From contig CAJFCJ010000012.1 of assembly GCA_904063045.1 (NCBI GenBank), positions 1,116,001 to 1,180,000 of the forward strand: a stretch of DNA of 64,000 nt, in the 5' to 3' direction. Below, piece after piece: positions 50,946 to 64,000 of this stretch. This stretch comes from Dimorphilus gyrociliatus. Taxonomy: Eukaryota; Animalia; Annelida. How positions within the stretch are numbered: position 1 is the first letter of the stretch; each line of letters opens with the position of its first letter. The translations under genes and the position numbers were made by a program. A model generated the notes under the pieces. The model saw only the letters and a list, made by a program, of their open reading frames with translations, was not told the DNA's origin and searched no databases.

Positions 50946-53900
50946 AGCATTCTATAAAAGAAGAAAAAAACCAAAGAAAATCGCTTTTTCTTCTTACGCT
51001 TAAAGAAGTGCAACAAATTTTAGTCGCTTTACAATAAAACTCATTCAATTATAGTAACTGTTAAGCCGCATAGAAGAAATAAAGTTCAATCATAATTTTG
51101 TTAGTGTTGTTAAAAATTCTTCGCTTTTTTTAAACGTGACGTTGTAGCGGATGATTATTTCAATAGAGTAAGGTTCTTAAGTTTTTCCTTCTTTAACATT
51201 TCTAATGCCCTACTCTTGAAATAAATGCACTGTTATCAAGATTCTTTTGGTGAATAGTACTTACCAGTTACCTTACTCTTGTAATTACTCATGTAATAAC
51301 CTTTATAATACTTCAATATCAACAATAGCATAACAATTAGCAGTTATTCCTATCGTGTCCGTAACTTTACATAAATTAAGGTTTCAGTAATTAAAGCAAA
51401 TATGATTAAGATTAATGAATAATTCATTCAAACGAAAGACTTTTTATATTTGAATGTTTCTTAAAAAATCCATACAATATACTCTTTTCATAACAGATAG
51501 TCTATTACAAGTAATCATTCTACGTTTCTATTATTTAGCTTTCTATAGCGTAAAGAGTCATCCTTAGAGTGTATGTCTTTAAAGTATAGTATTGTAAACT
51601 TTTAATAGATATTAACTACTTTATTAAGAAGATAAATCTTTGTTCTTCACTCAGTAAAATGAGTTATTATCTTCTACCCATTGCACTTTTTCGCGCCACT
51701 ATATTCTTATCTCTAAACATTGTTTAGTTTTCTATAAACTCTATTTTTATCAAAATTGTAAATAGACGAAATTTTATAGTCAGTTTGTTTATATCTTATC
51801 TTTAATATATTTCCCAAGCTCAATTAGGAAACAGAACTGTTCTCTTATCCTAGAAATCTGCTTAGTGTTTTTTCCAAAATCTAGAATGAATTAATTATAT
51901 TAAATAAGAGAAGTATACAATAATGACCTACTTATTTTGCTTTGTATGCAAAGTAAAAATCGCATTTCTTTCAATTTGTTTCTGTAGATCTATTGCATTT
52001 CTCTCTGTCTCTGTCTCTCTGTTTAGATTCCTATTTCTCTCTCTCTCTTTTTTTTTCTCTGTTCTGTCTTTCCTAGTCTTCTTGCTGGACAATCTCTATT
52101 TCTTTCTTACACCTTTTTGTTTCTCTCTTTTTTGTTCTGAAATTATATTAGCCGAATGATGAAAAAAATCTTACATAGCGATAGGAATAATAAAATTCTC
52201 TTCGTACGACGCAGAAAACAGTCCACTTATAGAAATAGTTACAGTGTATATTGTGAATAGGAAGATATTGATAAAACAAAACTAGCTGATATATAATCGT
52301 TATTAAGAGGCTTTAAAGTTTGCATTTTGTTGATATTAATCTTGAAGATTATTGAAGAATAATATTACATTGCATTATTATCATTTCATCTCCTTAGTTT
52401 CATACAGTAAACAATACGTTTCTGCAATATATAAAATATCTAATTTGTTCTCATTTATTACTAATAAAAAAATAATATATTAGTAATATTTAGTACATCA
52501 AAAGAAGTAATTCTGCAATGATTTTATACTGCCTACACGTTGTATTTCCTATTAGACATTTCTTATAATATATTAAATTCTTCAATATTTAGCCGTCTTA
52601 ATCAAAGAGTGATTGCTTAAATGTCGATAGTTCAATAATTAATACTACCAACTGAATTAAATACTAAAAATAGACAGTTTTCCCACTCGAGGGTTTTACT
52701 TTTTAAATTAACTAGCTAATCTTCATTTCGTGACAGTTGTCTATTACTTATCATACAGTAATTACTGATTGAACCGTCATTTTCCAAGTACGAAATAAAG
52801 TCAATTTCATAGTACAAAAGATTCAAGATCACAGATAGATAATAAATAATTAGTTAAAATGTTAACTCTGTCTTTTATAAATAGTAAAAAGTCCTAAAAA
52901 GTAAGATAGAGATACTAGGGAATGAAAAACAAGCATTTTTGCCTCTAAGCATGTATATTATTTTAATGGATGACAATTAAGTGTATTTCTATGAGTATAT
53001 TTTATTCTGTTTTTGATTGAAAATAGTTGTTTTCTTTTTATATAAAAAAAAAGATTCTTTCCTGTAAAACTTCAATCAGAAATATTTTTTATATCAAATA
53101 AAATAGAATAAAGTAAAAATTGACACAAAAACTCCTTTAATGTTATTTGATTTCTACATTTTTTAACCACATTTCCATTGATGTGGAAAGATGAAAAATT
53201 TTTCTAACCAAATTATTTACATTCATGGCATAGCTGTTCTTTTTTCGTTTCTTTCTCACTCGCCTTTGCTCTCTTTCTTTCCCTTTCTATCATCTTAACT
53301 ACAACCAAATGTTGTTATTTTTGTATATTTATTAGTGTTTATTATAAATAATTGTATTGTATTCAAATTGATGAAGATGATTTCATATTCTCAATAATTT
53401 TTTTTCTTCATTATTTTTTAACCTAACCAACATAATTTCCTATAAATGTGAAGGTTGATTCGCTACCTTTGCTAATTTAATATGTAGTAGTCGATAGATG
53501 GCGTTACTCTAACAACAAACTTTTCTACTTAGGAATGTTGAAGATTTGAAGGATAGTAGTAAAACAAAAAAGGTTAATAAAAGTACAACCAATACAAATT
53601 CTATTAGCATAAAATAGAATGGTTTTTTAATAGAATAGAAAAGGAAATGTAGTAGAATGGCTTTAATCAATGTATAATTTAACCCAAGAAGAATAGAGTC
53701 AAACGCTGCAAAGAAGTTTAGCCAAGTGTGCCATAAAAATGCGAGTTTTGCATGTCGACGTTTAATTAGCCTTAAACGAAGCTGGCTATTTGTTTACTTT
53801 AGCTGTAACTATCGAAAAGAGGCCTATCAAGTCCAATTATTTACAGTTATATTTTCCCCCTGTTACCCGTTTTAGTTACCTATTTACGACCTACTTTGGG

Positions 53901-54492
53901 TTCATTTGTAAAGAATAATTTGAATAGGCAAACAAATATTTAATAACTTTCGAATCATTAGATAAATTGAAAAAAAAAACGAAATGAATTAATGTAGGAC
54001 AAACCCAGATCATTTATCGTGATTTTATTATTACGGTTATTATTGTGTTATTCTTTTTATCCAGTTGTATAGCGTCTGCATATCGTATTGTGCCTGGAGC
54101 GTCACATTCCCCTCACCTATTCGATGCGAGTTCCACTCCGCAGATCTTGTTTATGTAAATCAATCGAAGCGTACTATTTCCTTCTTTATTTCGAGCACGA
54201 TTATCACCAACTCATTAACGGCACTATGCAGAAATGGCGGCGGGGCGGGAAAATTATCGGTAGAGATATATAGAGTAATTGGATTCGTAATGAGTTCCGA
54301 ATGATCAGATAGAGGACTGTGACAAGATGGCAGTTGACAGACACAATCCGCGCTCAGCTCTCATTTCGCCCAATTTCGTCTCCAACAAACAACGCTTTTC
54401 CTCTTTTTCTACTTATTATTTTCCTCTTATTTAACTCCCGAAATCCTTATTGGTATATATATATATGAGTGTACGGCTATATATTGTATATA

Positions 54493-54495
<3 letters not shown>

Positions 54496-54526
<31 letters not shown>
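54496..54526. repeat. (TA)n microsatellite
   Basis: TA run. Confidence 0.9.
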
Positions 54527-54530
<4 letters not shown>

Positions 54531-56039
54531 TTTATATGTGCGTGTGTGTGGGAGCCTGTGTGGGAAATACCCGAGATCGTGTATATTTCCAGTTTACACT
54601 GTAATAGCGAATTGTGAGTAGGTTTACTGGTTTGTTGGAGGGGTGGAAAACATCAAAAACCGATCCCTTTCGGCCGAGTTTTCTTTCCTTTTAACCCTAT
54701 TTTCCACTCCCCTTAGAATATATAATACCGCAATATAAACTAACGCTATCTATAGGCTTTATGACATGTTTGTGTATGTAGAGATTAATAAATCAAAGCA
54801 CGTGTAAGCGAGAACGCACGCTGACAAACTGGTTTCGTGCAAAGTTTTTAAAAGCAGACAGGCAGGCAGGATTAGGCATTTATTTTCTTTCCATTAAATC
54901 GTGCCGTTCTTAAATGTCGTCCGTGATGTAAGATTGCGTAATTCGTCTGATCTGCTTTTTTTAATACTTTTTTTTAAAAATACAACTCTCTTTTGTGTCA
55001 TCGGTAGTGCTTTTTTTTGTTTTTATCTCTCCTCCCTCCCCACTTCCTTTTGCGCTCTTTCCTTCTCTCATCTTATTTGCTCCTTTCTATTATTTTTCCT
55101 AGTGGGCGAATGGTTAGAGAGGCGTAAGAAAAATATGCACGCCCCTCGTCACTTTACACTAGGCCTGATACTGGAATAGTGTAGATGGAAATGTAAAAGT
55201 CGAAAATTTCTCGTATAGGTGAAATATGCCTAAAAAGAGCTGATTGGACGAGCCGTTGGTTTAGAACTCAAAGGTTACGCATCGGTAAAAAACTGATAAG
55301 GTTTCCTTCAATTCGACAAACGTAAACCTTTACCTCTTTTGAAGCGCATGCACCTGCAAAGCACACGTTTTCTACCCTCGAGACAGACTTTACTTGCTTG
55401 CACACTATGATAAAAAGCATAAGAGGTGATTTATAGCCTATGACAATACCATTTAAATATATAATGCATATTTTTACTTATGCGATTAATCTTTATTAGT
55501 AATTTGTATGGCAAGTATTTCTCCTACTAGTTTAATAGTATTTACTTTATTTCTCTTAATAATCATAACAAGTTTGATGATAAATAGTAAATCACGATAT
55601 GTTCCTTGAACTCTTGAAAAACTTACTTGTGTACATTACCTATAGAATTTATAGATTATTGATTTCTTATTTTCTATTGTGGACAAATAGGCCTAGAAAT
55701 ATTAAATTACAAGAAAATTTATTCCTTATAACCTCTCAGCAAAAGGCTGAAATATATAAACTTGAACTTCAAAGAATTTTTTAAGTGCCAATATTTGTCC
55801 AAAAAACACCACTAGGTTTAAGTTTATTTAAAACTATTTTACATGAATAATTGAATGCATTGGTTGCATTTTTTCCCTCTCCCAATCCTTACTTTATCGA
55901 TTAGGCAAATTATTCAATTATCTTCTTTGTCGTGATTATCGTAAAGTAGAGGAATGGAATTATTTTCACGTACTCAAGCATATTTTATAAATTTCTTTTA
56001 CTGTATATATACAATATAATATGTATAGAGATAGTGGAT

Positions 56040-56043
<4 letters not shown>

Positions 56044-56071
<28 letters not shown>
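56044..56071. repeat. (GA)n microsatellite
   Basis: Perfect GA run. Confidence 0.95.
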
Positions 56072-57246
56072 CTAACAGCCCAAAAAGAGATACTTGAAGC
56101 ATGTCATATAAACCGCACCTGCATGCATGTATATATTAATAATTTATCAAATGTCTTCCCTGGTAACTGATGCATTTTAGTAAAGCACGCACCAAATGTA
56201 CAAACGTTCAAATAAGTTTGTTTTTAATAAAATACTACATTTCAAAAATTAATGATAATTAGAATACATTTTAAGAGAAGACCAAGTGAAACTTGGACAA
56301 CCCATTCCCATAAATAAACTATATACATATATATATATATACTTTATATATATGTATAAATAGCAAGAAATACTAGCACTCGTACTTTACTATATTAGTC
56401 GTTGAGAAAACGACACATAGAATTCAGTACCCTTTATTTTAGTGATTAGTCATTAATGAAATGTTATTGGAATCCTCGCTTTACTTTGTATAACTGCTTT
56501 TCAACACTCAAATCACTTTCTTGAGTATTTATTATGCCAATTTTTTATTTTTATCTAATCTATATATACTGTATTATATTATTATTGTTTGTTGTTTGTT
56601 GTCACTTTTATATAGGATATTATTTGGAAAAAGAAATAAAATTCTTTGACGCAAGAAAAATTGCGCGAAGAGAGAAATAGTGTAAATGTCTTGGTTTTTT
56701 TTCCTTTCATTATTTAGTGCATTTGACACTCTCCTCCTTATTTCAAAGTCGATCAACACCTGCCCTTATGACTTCTGCTTCCGGCGTCATTTATGTCATA
56801 TTATAAATGTTTATATATTTAAAAACGACCCAGTGACTTTGCATAAAAAGTGACTGAGTGAAAGAAGAATAATAAAAAAAGATTTGTAAGAGTTATTTGG
56901 CTCTGATATATGCATTATTCACCTTCACTTTCGTCCCTTTTTCTGTTAGAATTAGACGGTATTCTTTAAATTATTTACACTTTTCATGGGTAGTAACGCC
57001 CGCTTTGAGGTTTGTAAGCGGTTGGTTGAATAATTATGTAAGACTAAACAGGAAAATGTGTGAAATTAATCCTTTAAGGAATTTTAGGCATTCGTCAATT
57101 TTAGTTTATAAAAGTTATGCTTTTTACAATTCATTTACAGTAGTTAATTTAAAAGAAATTTGCAGAATATAGCAGATTAATTAGAGTTGCCTAAAAGTTC
57201 ATTCATTTGTCCCTCATAAATCAGTACTGGCCAAAAAAGAATAATG

Positions 57247-60200
57247 TCATACGATAATGTCATCGTCATGGTGGTGTAAATGCACTGAGTGTTGGTCGAT
57301 ATCATAGCTACCGGATGTTGCTGTGCTTTCACCGTCCCACTGATCGGAAGACATGGAGCCCCTCTTCCATTTACTCTGATTCTCCCCCTTGAGTGGCGCG
57401 AATCTCGTTGTCAATTTACCTTGTTGCGGTTGTCGATTAGAGAGTAGTCCGTCGTCAAATTGAAGTGGCGAATTGGAGCCATATCTATTAGAGATTTGTT
57501 CGAATTTACCGGGTGGTTTAAGAGAGCTCTTCTTTGGATTTTTTAATAAATTAGCTTTGGCGTCAGATACTGCAAAAGAAATGAAAAGATAATAGTTATT
57601 TTATTTTTATAATTAATAAATATAACTGATTACTTACGTCGAACCAAAGATGGGAATCCTTCCTCGCTTGGTCCCTTACCACTATCCGTATTTGAATTAT
57701 TTGAAAGATCCGATTGGTCGCTGTGAGAGTCGTGCTCTCGGCCGTACCATAAATTATTAGGCGACGTCACGGGTGTCGACGTTTTAGGTAATATCGGACC
57801 GTTTTTACAGACGTATCGTGGGGGCTGTTTGGAAAATTGATAACATATATAAAAAAGAAAGAAGAACTTTGTAAACAATCGTAAATTATTCGACTATCTA
57901 TACGCGCGACCGATGTAGAATAACAAAACAAACAAAACCCGTTAGAACACGTTTCAGTGAAGGGGCAACAAAACGAATTGTATTCGTTCTATTCCTTAAT
58001 TTCCAATTTGCCTTCTTTACCCCTTTCCCAGTACATTTTTCACGCTGGTTCGCCTAAGTATAATTAAAACACTACCCAACCCTGCTTACAAGGACATGCC
58101 GTCTATTTTCCGTTAACCGATTGACCTCTAACACTGTGGGTTCTGTTATACCCTTTAATCATTTTTCACGTGCGTCCCGCCTTCAAATTTTTTTTCCCAT
58201 CTTTTTTCTTTCTATAACCTTTTGGATTTTTCTTTGACACTCTGTTAATGATTTATTGTGAGCCTAAGCATATGCCTTATTTAAAGCCCTATTAGGACCG
58301 TGTCTCAAAATGCGAGTGGGTAAACAAGTTAAGCGTGTTGATTTTAACTTGACTTTGAAAAAGTTTATCCTTTGTAAAAGTCGCGTGCCCGCCCCCATTT
58401 TCCTTTCAATAGAGGTGCATTTTTAGTATATAAAATTCTATGCTTTTCGTAAATTAAGGATATTTTCTTTTATATGCTTTTAAATTAGCACCTTTTTGCT
58501 AAAACGATGAGTCGGTGCCGTAGAGGCGTCTCCATTCTTCCAAACTGTCAGGTAGACTGCTTACTGCGGGCGTCGGTTGCGAGTTATGTAATCAAATTAT
58601 TTCCCCCCTAACGCTTTTTCCACCCCACTATTTCATCCATAAAAGTCTATTCTCTCTACTGGAACACACTTTCCCTCTTTTCTATTACTGTTTCTCTCTT
58701 TCTCTCTCTCGTACGCTCGCTGTGTCTCTCCCTCTTTCTGTTTTTGTCCTATGTTTTTACTCTCCTTTTCATTGAATAAAAGTGGAATGAACATTAATAC
58801 AGTCGACTGTTTACATTTTTACTATCATAAAAAGCAAAGGAAGGAACTTGAATGACTGCTGACAGACGAAATACATGTTCAATTGGCTACGCTATTAGAA
58901 TTCCTATAGGGGTGTTGTCGAAGGTTATTTATTAGAGGTATTCAGGAGGTTAAACGATTTACAGAGCCTAAGAGAAGAACACAGAAGTCGGTAATAGTAC
59001 TTGAGAATAAAAAAGAAACTACATATAGGTAAAAAAGCATAACCTCTGCTTTATATTATAAGACCAAATGCAAAAATTCATTAGAATTGACAGGATCTTT
59101 TGAAAGAAGATTTTTTCAAGTACAAAAAACCCTTTGTCCATACTTTGAACGATAGGGACGACAGTTGCGTGATTAGTCTGGTATGGCGCCGTTTTTTTAC
59201 GTCTTCCAACTCGTCACTTCATTCATTCACTCAATTTTTTTAACACAACTTAGTGTATAAAAAAGAGACGAAGATTTCAACCCTTTCACTTTTTTTTAAC
59301 TATTTCAAACTTATTAGTAAGAATAACTTTTCCGCTTATGATTCTATAAAAAAAAAACGATTCGTTTCCAAATTGTAACGTTAATTCCCTACCCTTTTTC
59401 ACACGGTCTTTAACTGGTGCTAAATTAAAAGAGCGCGCTAATTATCCTAATTATTTCTTTACTTAATTAACTGTGACAAAACTTTTAATCCATTTTCAAC
59501 AACGCCTATTGAAGGAGGGAAAAGTATGAATAATCCGAAACGAATACAGATAGGATTTAAGCCATGGAAGCGTATTGAAATTACTATTAACATTTCTTTG
59601 ATCTTAATAAAAATTTTCTATTTTCAAGAAAGGTTAAAAAAGACTAAAGGATTTATGGGTGTGAGAATAGGCCTATGAAAATAGTATGTATATTTATAAA
59701 TATGCTATACAAAGATTAATTATAGCCAAAATATCTATTTCTTCCCTTGCAAGACTGCTTAAAGTGATCTCAATCGGCTTGATTACGTGTGGCTTATTTT
59801 GAATCGGATATATACGGCCAATGTTTACCCTTATTATTTATCTTTAGCCCGTTGAATAAATAGCCTACTAGTATAATTGGTGCATAACCCGATCAAAACA
59901 CTAATTTCTAACATCAAACAGGTTGAATTTCGGCGATTGTAGCCGATTAATATAAACAAAGCACCATAAATTAGCATATGTTTGAATAGTTTGATCGAGC
60001 GTTATTAAACGAAGACCTTAAAAGTATTGAAACCGTCAGAACGTAAAATGAGAATGTGTCGAAAATTGGGTAAACACTCGACTTTGTTGAGATTCAGGAC
60101 TCGTGAATTTTGTAGGTCAAATAGCGCATTTCGGCAAGCTGACCCCTGAACTTTAAATTTAGCGCGCTTTTTGATCTTACAGCACAAACGACCTGGCTAA

Positions 60201-63141
60201 TTGATATGAACAGAGACGGCTTTTGTTCGTCTAATCTTCTAGGAACACAACGAATTGTTTACGTAATCTGATGCACATGCGAGTAAGTTAAAAATAGATT
60301 TTCGAACTAACCTTGACATCTCCATCCCAATTTGAGACAACACTTGAATTATCCAGTTCAAAGGTTACCTCTTTTTTAAGTGGTGGACGCTTTTGGAAAT
60401 CAACAACTTGTACAGTCGTATTTGGCACCTCTTCTAAAACGTCTAATTCGCTTTTCGGCTGTGTTCGAGCCTCTTCCGTGCGACAGTTATATAATCTACC
60501 CTTTTTCTCTCGCGATTGGCGTTTCCGGATGATTAACATGGTTACGATAATTACGATGAAAACTAATGATATGCCTGCGCAAACGGCTATTATTATGATG
60601 ACGTTTTCGTCTTCGAATACAGAGGAAGAACCACTTGATTGGCTAGAAGTTGTATTTAGCCGAATTACCAATATCTCTGTAGCATGCAGCGGTGGTGTTC
60701 CATTATCTCTGACAAAGATTTCCAATTTAAATTCAATGTTATTTGAGGCGTCTTTCAGTGAACGTATCAATTTGATCTTGCCACTCCGTTCGTCAATTCT
60801 AAAATAGTTTTCACTATCTCCGGAAGTAATATGGTATTGAAGTCGTCCATTTTCATCTTTATCTTTATCTTCTGCAAGAATAGTACCAAAGAAAGTTTCA
60901 ATTTCTTGATTCCTTGAGACGAATAAAGTGTAGTTGTTTAGCGTTGGGAAAATAAAGTTTGGCTTGTTATCGTTAGCGTCTCGGACGTTAATGATAACAT
61001 CGACTGTTGCTGAATCATAATTTCCGTATTTTGATGTTGCCGTAACGGTTAGCACATGCTTATCAAATTGTTCTCTATCTAATTCTATATTTGTTTCAAT
61101 TTCACCAGTTGAACTATCGATTGTAAAATATCGATTGTAATTGAAAGAATATTCGAAAGGTTCCCCTTCTAATCTTGCCCTTTCATCATTTTCCGAGTCC
61201 ATGGCCTTTACTCTACCAGCGTAGTCACCTTTCATTCTACCTTCCGTAACGTTAAACTCGTATACAGTGGGAAATACAGGATGGGGATCCGGTTCATCTG
61301 AGACGATTATTTTCAGTTTCGTTGTAGAGTTTAGTCTCGGTTCACCGTGATCTACTGCAAGAATCAATAGTTCAAACTCTCTTTTCTCTTCGTAGTTCAA
61401 TCTGAAAGAGAAAGTTAAATGATCATCTTAATTAATTGGAAAGAACTTAGTTTCCCTCGCCTAGTCTATTATATTATTTAGTAGCATATTCAATGACCAC
61501 AATTGATTAACTTACCGTCTACTTGCCCATATATCTGCAAATCCGTTATTAATTTGAATATAGAAATAGTTCTCATATCCAACTTCTTCTTCAATAATTT
61601 CATAGTGAATTCTACCATTCTCTCCGCTATCCTTATCATTGGCTTTTAAAACTGTTACATACGTATCAGGCCTATTATTTTCCGTTATCTTTGCAACATA
61701 TATATCATTTTCAAAGGTCGGCTCTTGATCGTTAACATCGTCGATTTGCACCTGGATGTTGTAAAGGTAAGTTCTATGTAAACACTTTTAACAACTCGAA
61801 CTATTATTTACTTACCTCAATCACAGTCGTAGATGATAGTCTATTCTCTTCTGCTTTGTCTCGACAAATGACAACAACTTCCTCCTTTGGTCGAATTTCC
61901 CTATCGAAGGAGACAGAATTCTTTAAGTACATTGCCTCGTTTTCTCCTACGGTCTCCAAATAAAACTGATCAGCGTTGCTCGCCACTTCACATTTGAATT
62001 TACCATTCTCTCCACTATCCTTATCAGAGATTAATAGCAGTACTATGTTTCTGTCAGTTTCCGAATTTTCTCTAATTCTTACATTTCTTCCGTTGAGAAG
62101 ATTAACGTTAACTGCTGGCTCGTTATCATTAATGTCTAGAACATCGATAATAGCTTTACAATGGCCCTCGTACTTAACATTGCCTTCGTCTGTTACTATA
62201 ACGTCCAAAAGTATTTGTTTGGGATGTAAACTCTCATAGTCTAATTCTTCGGAACCAATTCGAATATCGCCTGAGCTTTTATCGATCGTAAAGTATTGCT
62301 GATTGTTAGAATGAGCTGCGAACGAATAGCTTATTTTTCCGTTATTTCCCTCGTCCTTATCCGTAGCGGATATAGTAAGTACTCTAGTTCCAGTTCGGCT
62401 ATTTTCAAGTATTGAGGTCTTAAATTCAGCCTGTGTACATGTTGGGCTATTGTCGTTTACATCCGTTACTTCAATTTTCACTTCCGTTTCTCCGATATTC
62501 CCCTGTGTATCTTCGGCTCTGAGTTTAAATGAGTAAGAATTCTGCTTTTCTCTGTCTAAATCTTGGACAATTTCCAAGTAGATTTCATTAACATTTTCTT
62601 GGACAAATTTATAGCTGGACGGTAAATTGACAACTGAGTATTTTTGTACCCCGAAATCAGGACTATCTTCATCTATTGCGAGATCAAGTTTAATCCTGGA
62701 TTTACTGTCTTCTGGCACAGATTTGCGAATAGGATTCCTTGCAAAAGTCGGTGCATTGTCATTTTGGTCGTCAATTTGTATTTCTAATGAAACCTTAGTA
62801 AAGCGTTGAAGGGGCGTTATGTGTACGTCTAAATTAACTATACATTTGACGAGATTAGGGCAAAGCTTTTCCCTGTCTATAGCTTTTGCAGTTGACAGTA
62901 TTCCACTACTATTGCCAACCTTGAATAATTCGGTAGGCTCTATGTCAAACTCGTAAGGGAAGCCCTTTTTTAAACTATATTGTAAAGTTCTATATACTTC
63001 ATTTTCCTTCCATTCGTCTCCCAAATACTGCCCAATATTTGTTAAATTAGGATAGTCTTGTTCCTCCATTATTGATAGTCGTACACCGTTCGAAGGTACA
63101 CGGTGCAACAGTAGTAAAAAAAGAATTAACTTGGCTGACAT
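57247..63141 (-). CDS. PCDH: protocadherin with 7 cadherin repeats, TM helix and cytoplasmic exons
   Basis: Exons 63141-61816, 61751-61516, 61401-60312, about 57824-57638 and 57569-57247 join in frame. Signal peptide; DRE/DYE and DxNDNxPxF motifs; IDREKLC...C in EC1; TM VIIIIAVCAGISLVFIVIIVTMLII; cytoplasmic DSGKGPSEE and DGESTATSGSY; C-terminus DDIIV. Confidence 0.93.
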
Positions 63142-64000
63142 GTTGGAATGAAAGCTGTCTGGTTTTTAATTAAAGGTGATTTGTCTGCAAAAAGAGAAGA
63201 AAAAAGGGAAAATGTATACAGTTTTCGGATATAAATAAAAGAAAGAGTACTTAATCAATTTTTTTTTGATGAATGCAATACAAATGTATAAAATATGCAA
63301 TATAGTTCAGTATGGATAGTGTTATACACGTTAATATAAAACCTTATATATTCTCTCAGTAAAGCCTAGGCATCTGACCCTATAAATCCTGTCAGACATT
63401 GAGCTGAAGGTAATGTTATGTTTTAGAAAACGATGCCTCAGGTCTGTATAGTTTACTGTCTGATAGAGTGTCAGGTTTATATTTGTGTTATTCTTGCACG
63501 GCTAACGGAACGCTGTGGAATCTCTTTCTCATTCTACCTTTCTCCTTTCACTCTCATTATTTAAACAGTAATGCAAAATTATTAGATAAACCGTAACCTT
63601 TCTCATAGTTATAGTATCGCAATGTTATGCCATTTTACGACATATATACAAGATGAAATAAGTAAATTTCCTTGTATACTATAATCTTTGAATTCTTGTG
63701 GAAAGATAATAAACCCTTTGGAAGTTTTTTGAATTCTTCCGCTATGTTGTTTATTTATTAATAGTTTGTTATTTACTTTTTTATGAAGTAGTAATTTATT
63801 TAAATAAAAATGATTAATGGTTTTTATTTTCATTTTGTAACACTATTAGGGGTGAAAGGTGTAAGCTTTCATCAAGAATTCTCTTCTATTTTTCGGTTGA
63901 GTAAAAAAGAGAAGAGGAAAAGGTGGAGGTTTCTATTCAAATTACATAGGAGAGGGAAAGAAAATTCTGTAATATCTAATAACTACTAAGACACTCCTAT

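Noticed and set aside
50756-52159. Hydrophobic Phe/Leu/Ser-rich ORFs (50756..51016, 50854..51048, 51923..52159)
   Set aside because: Products of CT/GA low-complexity tracts.
56830-56860. TTGCATAAAAAGTGA, faintly resembling miR-153
   Set aside because: The sequence diverges from mature miR-153 right after the seed region, and no convincing precursor hairpin is visible.
58495-58590. Protein-looking minus-strand frame SSLPDSLEEWRRLYGTDSSF in the protocadherin intron
   Set aside because: No phase-0 acceptor found that would join it to the TM exon.
1-64000. CRISPR arrays, tRNA/rRNA genes, intact transposons
   Set aside because: No regularly spaced direct repeats, tRNA cloverleaf/T-loop signatures, or transposase/reverse-transcriptase motifs were seen by eye. 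tRNAscan-SE, Infernal and RepeatModeler runs would be needed to exclude them.

Overview
Eukaryotic (animal) genomic DNA: AT-rich, gene-dense, with mostly 50-90 bp GT-AG introns and one 393-N assembly gap (14954-15346). The gene content and short introns suggest a compact-genome lophotrochozoan such as an annelid (inference, not verified). Recognisable genes, rebuilt by hand from splice sites and reading frames: an AA15-type lytic polysaccharide monooxygenase, two tandem FAXDC2-like fatty acid hydroxylase/sterol desaturase genes, a PPEF/rdgC phosphatase, an ADA1-type adenosine deaminase, a GPI-tailed beta-lactamase-fold serine hydrolase, two head-to-head cyclic-nucleotide-binding-domain (CNBD1/2-like) paralogs and a 7-repeat protocadherin. 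Less familiar content: two paralogous ShKT-containing Cys-rich surface proteins, three tandem basic proteins sharing an unnamed motif, a small secreted peptide precursor containing FHGMRG, two single-pass membrane microproteins and several orphan ORFs. The best leads are the adenosine deaminase with a C-terminal hydrophobic anchor, the unnamed three-gene family, the PPEF alternative first exon that would remove the myristoylation site, and X-box (RFX) motifs hinting at a cilia-related neighbourhood. No tRNA, rRNA, CRISPR array or intact transposon was recognised. All exon models are manual predictions and no database search was run.
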